Assembly (NCBI GenBank): GCA_964016885.1
Contig: OZ024747.1
Span: forward strand, 39,990,001-40,054,000
DNA: 64,000 nucleotides
From: Eledone cirrhosa
Lineage: Eukaryota
Direction: 5' to 3'
Shown: positions 54,256 to 64,000 of the stretch, piece by piece
How positions within the stretch are numbered: the first letter of the stretch is position 1
Layout of the letters: the number at the start of each line of letters is the position of its first letter
Program-made: the position numbers and the translations under genes
The notes under the pieces: generated by a model
Told to the model about the DNA's origin: nothing
What the model saw: the letters and a program-made list of their open reading frames with translations, nothing else
Databases searched by the model: none

Positions 54256-55025
54256 CCCTTTCTGGGCTGTCTTCATCGTATAAGTCTTAACATTTCTATT
54301 ATACTTAAGGGTGTGTACCACTATATTTTGAAACTAAGTTAAGGCGTGCGTCTAATAAACCGTATTGGATCCTCTCCCCACAATTGAGATACATCAAAGC
54401 GTTCAAACAATGACTCAACACTCTCAAGGGCGAATGATTTATATAAATATTACATTACAAAATATTGCTAGGGTCAGGAGAGTGTTAGTGCCTGTATTTA
54501 TTGTTAATCGTGACTATGTTTAGTGGACACTTTTCAATTGTACCGAATACATATTGAACCGTATATGCATCTCTTGTATATTACTATGGGGCATTTTAGT
54601 TAATACTTCAGCCCCGTCTCGAATGCTTACATAGTTACAGTTAGGGCGCTGCAGATAATAATATCTTTGTTAGTTTTATTATATAGAAAGAACGTCATAT
54701 GACAACTGCAGCTTGATAAGGTCTGTCCTCCCCATTTGGTTGATGTTGCAGTCCGATTTGGTATATCGAGTTTGGGAAGGTGGCCGATCCGCGTTCGGTT
54801 TGCCGAATTTAGCGGGTGAGTGTGGTTTGTTTTGGCAGGAGTTATGAGTGTAGGTTGAGGTTCGGTTTAGGGTGTTTACTGGGTGTTTGTGGACTGTTTG
54901 GAGCAATAACGTTCTTATATACCCCCCCCCCCCATACACACACACACACAACGCCTTCGAGTCTTAAACATTTCTCTTGGATTGTGTTTACCATTATTCC
55001 TTTATTAGATAACTTTTATACAATG

Positions 55026-55085
55026 AACACCTGATGATGTCACCAGGATCCTATAGAACCTGGTCATTGAAGTGTGCATAGTGTT
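55026..55085 (+). ncRNA. Hammerhead, family I paralog
   Basis: aacac-CTGATGA-tgtc accagg..cctggt catt-GAAG-tgtgc-ATA-gtgtt. Confidence 0.7.
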
Positions 55086-55144
55086 TGCTATAATGAATCT
55101 TTGAAGGAATTTCACCAGTCCAAACTCCTGTCATTTTACTCAAA

Positions 55145-55281
<137 letters not shown>

Positions 55282-56049
55282 TGAGTGTGTGTGTGTATAT
55301 CAATAAACATTGAGGCATTTTATATATATATTTAACACTATGGCCATAAAGAAAGCGCTACATAAGTACTTTATTGACACACAAACACCAACAGAAATTG
55401 ACGAACAAACTGTTAACAAAAATCCATATATAGCCACTCACATATATTCACAGGAAAATGTTTTCCATTAAACAAAATGTTTGACTAACAAACCGTAAAA
55501 ATCATGACATGATCGTTCATTCCTTCAAAGGATGACCACTTTTAAAATAACACTTATCTACACTATAAGCATTTCTAAAATAATACATTACTACGTAATA
55601 AAAACAGAATAGGTCAATAGTTCATTTAAACATACCTACTTGTCCATATACAAACAACGTGACCAACAATCAGTAAAAATAGGAAGAAATATGAACTATA
55701 AAAGAAGCCAAAAAATTGAAAAGCAGCTCTATGTAACAAAATAGCAATAGGGTGTCAGAAGCATTGTCAGCTATTATAATAGAGAAGAGGGAAAATCAAA
55801 CCTACAATGATGTATACAAAAGAACATATAGACCGAAAAATGTCTGAAGATCGAAATACATTGAAACACGTGTAAAAAAATAAATTACAATTTAAATGAG
55901 ACATATATTCTACATGTATTGAGTATTTGAGTGACCCCGCCTCATTTGCTCACAAAACACGTTTCAACACACACACTCACACACACTCACACACACACAT
56001 ATCTATATCTATATATATATAGATATGTGTGTGTGTATATATATATATA

Positions 56050-56182
<133 letters not shown>

Positions 56183-56253
56183 GTATATATATATATGTAT
56201 ATATATATATGTATATATATATATGTATATATATATATGTATATATATATATG

Positions 56254-56285
<32 letters not shown>

Positions 56286-56291
56286 TGTATA

Positions 56292-56342
<51 letters not shown>

Positions 56343-56366
56343 GTATATATATATGTATATATATAC

Positions 56367-56477
<111 letters not shown>

Positions 56478-56478
56478 C

Positions 56479-56528
<50 letters not shown>

Positions 56529-56568
56529 TAATTCCTTTTTTTCTAAAATAAGGTTGTTTATTATTTTG

Positions 56569-56732
56569 GGGATTGGTAGTATTGGTAGAGAGTCGGACAC
56601 CATGCTTTGCAGCATAGTTACGGCCCTTTATGATCCTTACGGATTTGCCTTTCATCCTTACGGGGTCGATAAAATAAAGTACCAGTAATACACTGGGTAA
56701 TTGCTGGCCTTGTGCCAACAGTAGAAGCAATT
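56569..56732 (+). mobile_element. SINE family 2 (B-box region missing)
   Basis: Homologous to 63666-63853. Confidence 0.75.
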
Positions 56733-56808
56733 ATTTTTATTCAAATTTTTGGTTGTCAAAATTAAGGTGCGTCCTCGAGGCCGAAGCCTCTTCGGTGCCG
56801 GGAAATAC

Positions 56809-56871
<63 letters not shown>

Positions 56872-56874
<3 letters not shown>

Positions 56875-57053
56875 TGAGAATCTACAGGACTAGAACTGTT
56901 TCATTCTTTAGAAATCATCAGTGATTCCTGATGATTTCTAAAGAATGAAACAGTTCTAGTCCTGTAGAATCTCATCTATATTAAAACTTGTATACTCTGC
57001 TATGTATTGAGTACCTTACTTACTGTGGTTACCTCCGATTCAACCCGGAAAAC
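56872..57053 (+). mobile_element. Fold-back hammerhead element, family A
   Basis: Arms 56872-56921/56928-56977; HHR 56923-56971: gattc-CTGATGA-..-GAAACAG ttctagtc CTGTA-gaatc. Confidence 0.85.
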
Positions 57054-57089
<36 letters not shown>

Positions 57090-57217
57090 GTGTGTGTGTG
57101 TGCTCGTGTGCGTGTGTGTATGTGTGTGTGCGTGCAGACATATTTTTGGATAAGTTGTAAATAATTTTACATCCGCAATTTTAATACATATAAATTTAAC
57201 CTTGCTATGAAAGCAAG

Positions 57218-57265
<48 letters not shown>

Positions 57266-57627
57266 CTCTCTCACTCTCTCTTTCTATTTTTCTATATCTC
57301 TTTATCTCTCTTTCCACTTCTCTCTTTTTCTCTTCATCTGTGTGCGTGTGTGTGAGTGTGAGCTTGCGCATGTATGTATGCGTGCGTGTGAGTGTGTGCT
57401 TGCGCATGTATGTATACGTGCATATGTAAAACAAGGTATGTATAGAAGAAACTAGTTTAAGATCTTTTTCTGTCGGTTCTTAAGAGCCACTCCCATGGTT
57501 TAAGCACGGGACATGTTTACTCAGTGACGCCAAATAAATGTTGTTTAAACTTCATCATAAAAATCTATTTACAACTTAAACACATACTTACACACACTTA
57601 CTTACTGACGCTCGTGCACACACACGC

Positions 57628-58000
57628 ACACACACGCAGATATGCGTCTGAACGAACTGACACACGTGCACACACACACGCGCAGGTATGCGTCCGAACA
57701 CATTGGTGCACGCGCAGGCACACACACACGCGTAGGTATGCGTCCGAACACATTGGCGCACGCGCAGGTATGCGTGCGAACACATTGGCGCACGCGCAGA
57801 CACACACACACACGCAAGTATGCGTCCGAACACATTGGCGAACGCGCAGACACACACACACGCGCAGGTATGCGCCTGAACGCATTGGTGCACGCGCAGA
57901 CACACACAACACACACACACGCAGGTATGCGTCTGAACACATTGGCGCACGCGCAGACACACACACACACGCACGTATGCATTCGAACGCACTCACGCAG
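57628..58000. repeat. About 45-bp minisatellite
   Basis: cgcaggtatgcgtccgaacacattggcgcacgcgcag(ac)n repeated about 8 times. Confidence 0.9.
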
Positions 58001-58367
58001 GCAAGCACACAGACACGTACGCGCACAAGCATGAGATCGAAAAGTATTTACGGAGGCACACGAAGCCATGCATCCGAACGTACTCACGCACACACACGCA
58101 GGCAAGCAGGCAAGCAGGCATATACACACTCATGGATACATATAGATATAGTTATACATAGTAATCATACATGTGTATATATAGTTAGACATAGTAATCA
58201 TACATGTGTATTTTGGGCGTATTTGTTTTATTTTGTTTTGTTTTTAATTTATTTTCTATTTGGAAAGAGACGACACCGGAGAAAGAAAGTGAAAATGTAA
58301 TTTTAATATTGTGAGATTACGAACAAATGAGGATAGAAAAAGAATGCGGGTGATACAGTTACAGACT

Positions 58368-61249
58368 GTGCTAGCCCATCTCTCTCTGCTAGCCCATCTC
58401 TCTCTGCTAGCCCATCTCTCTCTGCTAGTGTAGCTCTCTCTGCTAGCCCATCTCTCTCTGCTAGTCCATCTCTCTCTGCTAGTCCATCTCTCTCTGCTAG
58501 CCTATCTCTCTCTGCTAGCCTATCTCTCTCTGCTAGCCCATCTCTCTCTGCTAGTCCATCTCTCTCTGCTAGTCCATCTCTCTCTGCTAGTCCATCTCTC
58601 TCTGCTAGTCCATCTCTCTCTACTAGCCGATCTCTCTCTGCTAATCCATCTCTCTCTGCTAGCCCATCTCTCTCTGCAAGTCCATCTCTCTCTGCTAGCC
58701 TATCTCTCTCTGCTAGTCCATCTCTCTCTCTGCTAGTCCATCTCTCTCTCTGCTAGCCTATCTCTCTCTGCTAGTCCATCTCTCTCTGCTAGTCCATCTC
58801 TCTCTGCTAGCCCATCTCTCTCTGCTAGCCCATCTCTCTCTGCTAACCCATCTCACTCTGCTAGCCCATCTCTCTCTGCTAGTCTATCTCTCTCTTCTAG
58901 TCCATCTGTCTCTGCTAGTCCATCTCTCTCTCTGCTAGCCTATCTCTCTCTGCTAGCCCATGTTTCTCTGCTAGCTTATCTCTCTCTGCTGGTCCATCTC
59001 TCTCTGCTAGTCTATCTCTCTCTGCTAGTCCATCTCTCTCTGCTAGTCCATCTCTCTTTGCTAGCCTATCTCTCTCTGCTAGTCTATCTCTCTTTGCTAG
59101 TCCATCTCTCTCTCTGCTAGTCTATCTCTCTCTGCTAGTCCATCTCTCTCTGCTAGTCCATCTCTCTCTCTGATAGTCCATCTTTCTCTGCTAGTCCATC
59201 TCTCTCTGCTAGTCCAATTCTCTCTGCTAGTCTATCTCTCTCTGCTAGTCCATCTCTCTCTGCTAGTCCAATTCTCTCTGCTAGTCTATCTCTCTCTGCT
59301 AGTCCATCTCTCTCTCTGCTAGTCTATCTCTCTTTGCTAGTCCATCTCTCTCTGCTAGTCTATCTCTCTCTCTGCTAGTCTATCTCTCTCTGTTAGTCCA
59401 TCTCTCTCTGCTAGTCCATCTCTCTCTGCTAGTCTATCTCTCTCTGCTAGTCTATCTCTCTCTGCTAGTCCATTTCTCTCTGCTAGTCTATCTCTCTCTG
59501 CTAGCCCATCTCTCTCTGCTAGTCCATCTCTCTCTGCTAGCCTATCTCTCTCTGCTAGCCTATCTCTCTCTGCTAGTCTATCTCTCTCTGCTAGCCTATC
59601 TCTCTCTGCTAGCCCATCTCTCTCTTCTAGCCTATCTATCTCTGCTAGTCTATCTCTCTCTGCTAGTCCATCTCTCTCTGCTAGCCCATCTCTCTCTGCT
59701 AGTCCATCTCTCTCTGCTAGCCCATCTCTCTCTTCTAGCCTATCTCTCTCTGCTAGCCCATCTCTCTCTGCTAGTCCATCTCTCTCTGCTAGCCCATCTC
59801 TCTCTGCTAGTCCATCTCTCTCTGCTAGTCCATCTCTCTCTTCTAGCCTATCTCTCTCTGCTAGCCCATCTCTCTCTTCTAGCCTATCTCTCTCTGCTAG
59901 TCTATCTCTCTCTGCTAGTCCATCTCTCTCTGCTAGACCATCTCTCTCTTCTAACCTATCTCTCTCTCTGCTAGCCCATCTCTCTCTGCTAGTCTATCTC
60001 TCTCTGCTAGTCCATCACTCTCTGCTAGTCCATCTCTCTCTGCTAGTCCATCTCTCTCTGCTATCCCATCTCTCTCTGCTAGTCCATCTCTCTCTGCTAG
60101 TCCATCTCTCTCTGCTAGTCCATCTCTCTCTGCTAGCCCATCTCTCTCTGCTAGTCCATCTCTCTCTGCTAGTCCATCACTCTCTGCTAGTCCATCTCTC
60201 TCTGCTAGTCCATCTCTCTCTGCTAGCCCATCTCTCTCTGCTAGTCTATCTCTCTCTGCTAGTCCATCTCTCTCTGCTTGTCTATCTCTCTCTGCTAGTC
60301 TATCTCTCTCTGCTAACCCATCTCTCTCTGCTAGTCTATCTCTCTCTGCTAGTCCATCGCTCTCTGCTAGTCTATCTCTCTGTGCTAGCCTATCTCTCTC
60401 TGCTAGCCTATCTCTCTCTGCTAGTCCATCTCTCTCTGCTAGCCTATCTCTCTCTGCTAGCCCATCTCTCTCTTCTAGCCTATCTATCTCTGCTAGTCTA
60501 TCTCTCTCTGCTAGTCCATCTCTCTCTGCTAGCCCATCTCTCTCTGCTAGTCCATCTCTCTCTGCTAGCCCATCTCTCTATTCTAGCCTATCTCTCTCTG
60601 CTAGCCTATCTCTCTCTGCTAGTCCATCTCTCTCTGCTAGTCCATCTCTCTCTGCTAGCCCATCTCTCTCTGCTAGTCCATCTCTCTCTGCTAGTCCATC
60701 TCTCTCTGCTAGCCCATCTCTCTCTGCTAGTCCATCTCTCTCTGCTAGTCCATCTCTCTCTGCTAGTCCATCTCTCTCTTCTAGCCTATCTCTCTCTGCT
60801 AGCCCATCTCTCTCTTCTAGCCTATCCCTCTCTGCTAGTCTATCTCTCTCTGCTAGTCCATCTCTCTCTGCTAGTCTATCTCTCTCTGCTAACCCATCTC
60901 TCTCTGCTAGTCCATCTCTCTCTGCTAGTCCATCTCTCTCTGCTAGTCTATCTTTCTCTGCTAACCCATCTCTCTCTGCTACTGTAGCTCTCTCTGCTAG
61001 CCCATCTCTCTCTGCTAGTCTATCTCTCTCTGCTAGTCCATCACCCTCTGCTACTCCATCTCTCTCTGCTAGTCCATCACCCTCTGCTAGTCCATCTCTC
61101 TCTACTAGTCCATCTCTCTCTGCTAGTCTATCTCTCTCTGCTAGTCCATCTCTCTCTGCTAGTCTATCTTTCTCTGCTAACCCATCTCTCTCTGCTACTG
61201 TAGCTCTCTCTGCTAGCCCATCTCTCTCTGCTAGTCCATCTCTCTCTGC
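58368..61249. repeat. 18-bp minisatellite array (about 160 units)
   Basis: (TCTCTCTGCTAGYCYATC)n with occasional +2 CT slips. Confidence 0.95.
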
Positions 61250-61314
61250 CTTCTCTAATAATAACGTATCTTTGTTAACAAGATGCATTACATTGTGTCG
61301 CTATTACCTAACTT

Positions 61315-61349
<35 letters not shown>

Positions 61350-61436
61350 GACACAGATACATATGTCAAAGCAAATAAATTCCTAATCTCTTCACGCCGA
61401 CGTTTTATTTTTCTTTGTGCAATACTTGCTTTTGTA

Positions 61437-61490
<54 letters not shown>

Positions 61491-61497
<7 letters not shown>

Positions 61498-62226
61498 ATA
61501 TTAATAAATGGAAACTATATTTATAAAACCATAATTTTTTATTATATATATTTCAAGGGCAACCAAGGCAGATTATAGTGCGCTCTCATCAGATAAAATA
61601 CAGATTAGTTTTCATCATCATCATCATCATTTCATTTTACGTCCGCTTTTTCCCTGCTTGCAAGGGTGGGACGGGAACTGATTCTGGCTTGATTTCTACA
61701 GCTGGATGCCCTTCCTAACACCAACCTCATTTACAGTGAGTGCTGGGTGCTTTTTTGCCGTGGCACCTCCACGACCACTTTGAAGTGGAATGATATAGAC
61801 CCCAGTCTCTATCATCTCATTTCTACAGCTGAGTAAACTGGAGCAATGTGAAATAAAGTGTCTTGCCCAAGGAAACAACACATCACCCGGTCTGAGAATT
61901 GAACTCACAACCTTTCGATTGCAAGGCCAATGCTCTAACCACTAAGCCATGTGCCTCCATAAATATTGACATACCCGGAAAAAAAACAACCTCAACGGTT
62001 GAAATTCGCTGAACGGTTTAGGTTGTATTTTATCTGATGAAAGCGCACCATAATCTACCTTGGTTGCCCTTGAAATATATATAATAAAATAATTATGGTT
62101 TTATAAATATAGTTTCCATTTATTAATATATTGTATATTCACTCCACTAATCGGTTGAGTGCTTTATATCCGTTATAAAAATGTTTAAGCTTGTTGAATC
62201 CCAACAAATTAAATATAACCTCTGCA
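61491..62226 (+). mobile_element. Family D fold-back element interrupted by a SINE
   Basis: Arms 61491-61602/62024-62136; HHR 62027-62090: attttat-CTGATGA-..-GAAA-tatat-ATA-ataaaat. Confidence 0.8.
61613..61958 (-). mobile_element. Full-length tRNA-derived CORE-like SINE with (ATG)n tail
   Basis: A box TGGCTTAGTGG, B box GAGTTCAATTC, CCTTGGGCAAGACACTT, tail ATGATGATG. Confidence 0.8.
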
Positions 62227-62390
62227 TATATATATATATAAGTATGTATTAAATTTCGTTTCATTTTTACCATTTATATATATATATATATACCTAAGAC
62301 TAGGTATATATATACCTAGACTACCCAAGAAAATTCAACTGATAAGGTATGATTTCCTTGGCTATGTCAAAATTTATAAAACACTCTTTG

Positions 62391-62453
62391 TATCTTATCT
62401 GATGAAAGCGAACCAAACTTTTTTGGTACCCTTGAAATATATATAATAGAATA
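62391..62453 (+). ncRNA. Hammerhead, family D paralog
   Basis: tatcttat-CTGATGA-aag..accaaa..tttggt..ctt-GAAA-tatat-ATA-atagaata. Confidence 0.7.
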
Positions 62454-63665
62454 AATATGGTTTTATAAATATAGTATGAGTGTGTGTCTCGGTCTAGGTG
62501 TATATATATATACACACACAGATATATACACAGAGAGGGAAAAATAGACCTTTATAACGTAAACATAATATAGACACTAAAGTCCAGAAATCTATGTATG
62601 TGTGTATATATATGATAGTATGTGTGTGTGTGTGTGAATCTGCATGTGATTGTATTTCTGTATGTGTGCTTGCGTCTTTGAATATCAATGTAGGTGTTAG
62701 AACTAAAAAGACATGAACAAATACGTGTGCAGTCAGTAATGGATATTAAACAGTGTGTGTGACATAAGCGCCTCTCTGTTTCTGTATGTTCGTGTGATTG
62801 TGTATGTATATGTCTGTGTGTACGCAAAGTGAAGATATCTGTATGACGATATGCCTCGATGTGTATGACTATGTGTGTATATGTCTGTGTGTGCACAAGT
62901 GAAGATATCTGTATAAGGGTAAGCCTCGATGTATGTGTATGACTGCGTATGTGTATGTCTGAGTGTGCACAAGTTAAGATTTCTATATACGTGTGTGAGT
63001 CGGTGTTTGTGATTGTGCGTGTATGTGTGCGTATGTGCGTATGTGTGTGTGATTGTAAGTGAATATGTGTGTGTGTGTATGAATATGTGTATGAATATGT
63101 GTGTGTCCATGTGTGTGTGTGTGAATATGTGAAAGTGTATTTGTAGCTTCATGTGAATGATTGCGTGTCTATGTATATGTGCACTTGAGCGTAGGTATAT
63201 ATGAGTATGTGTGCATTTCTGTGTATATTGTCAGTGCATATGTCTGTGTGAGCGCATATGTGTATATATATATATATATATGTAATTCTTTTTATGTCGT
63301 TGCGTGTGTATATGTCTGTATGCGCACATTTGAGTGTGCCTATATATGTATATTTCTGTGAACGTGATTACGTATGTATATATATATATGTGTGTGTGCT
63401 GGTGTTGTTGTATATGAGTGCGTCGATCAGAAGGTTGTGTGTGTTATGCATGTATGTATCTGTGTGTATATCGGTAAGTTTTACATTTTAAATATAGGGT
63501 AAACTGAGTTAATCAAGAAGTAATCTTTCTCGAAAAACTAATCAGTCGCCCTTGCTTCGATCCATGCTCGAGTAAACTTCGATTAATACCTTGAGCTCAC
63601 TATACTACACTTTTATATGTAAGATATACCAAGGTGACATGAACGGGACGTTTATTATTGTACAA

Positions 63666-63853
63666 GGGGCGTAGATTGGCAGTATCAGTAGAGAGTCGGA
63701 AGCCATGCTTTCTAGCATAGTTACGTCCCTTTACAGTCTGAGTTCAAATCCCGCTGAGGTTAACTTTGCCTTTCATCCTTACGGAGTCGATAAAATAAAG
63801 TACCAGTAATGCACTGGATAATTGCTGGCCTTGTGCCAAAAGTAGAAACAATT
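63666..63853 (+). mobile_element. SINE family 2
   Basis: A and B boxes plus the shared central and 3' domains. Confidence 0.8.
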
Positions 63854-63859
63854 ATTGTA

Positions 63860-63899
63860 CTAGCTGATCCCGTGCCGTCTAAAATGGCGGCTAACGGGT
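63860..63899 (-). mobile_element. Possible Helitron-like 3' terminus
   Basis: rc cccgt..gccgccat..gacggc acggg hairpin, 5 nt, then CTAG-T. Confidence 0.4.
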
Positions 63900-64000
63900 A
63901 GATGTGTATTTGTACACACCTTTCAACTAGGGCTGTTTGATATTCTGGATAAATCCAATTTATTGTTAGGGATTTGGCTCCTTCGATAACACCTACACAC

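Noticed and set aside
53002-54321. Mucin-like or poly-L/S ORFs
   Set aside because: (CTA/CTG)n microsatellite.
55844-55875. CTGAAGA..GAAACacgtGTA hammerhead remnant
   Set aside because: Stems I and II do not pair; probably decayed, so not called.
56760-56812. ggtgcgtc..ccgggaaatacggta Tc1/pogo-like end
   Set aside because: No partner TIR found.
57628-58000. CRISPR-like array
   Set aside because: Spacers are only (AC)n, the context is eukaryotic and no cas genes are present.
60382-61288. AERDGL and LSLLVH repeat proteins
   Set aside because: Frames of an 18-bp minisatellite; frame-breaking slips occur elsewhere in the array.

Overview
Eukaryotic, extremely microsatellite-rich DNA, probably an octopod cephalopod (inferred from repeat style, not proven). 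No complete host gene can be supported, and most ORFs in the track are (TA)n/(CA)n/(TAG)n/minisatellite artefacts. Recognisable coding remnants are all retroelements: a near full-length decayed Tx1-clade L1 plus three fragments, three R4/Dong-like RLE LINE pieces (one at 13.1-13.8 kb; the others piled with the Tx1 copies in (TAA)n at 19-32 kb), a chimeric 5'-inverted RTE, and a Penelope-like (PLE) GIY-YIG endonuclease tail. Two tRNA-derived SINE families are frequent. The main hidden signal is about 20 short (TA)n-embedded elements from roughly ten sequence-unrelated families that carry minimal type I hammerhead ribozymes (CUGANGA...GAAA...NUH, palindromic stem III, covarying stems). Many are asymmetric fold-backs, several hinged in ribozyme stem II, and they share a YGAGTRC tail motif. 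This looks like a diverse non-autonomous PLE/retrozyme-like system. One candidate host first coding exon (38405-38753) and one TALE/Hox-type motif cluster (about 3400) are also noted. Coordinates were read by eye and may be off by a few bases.
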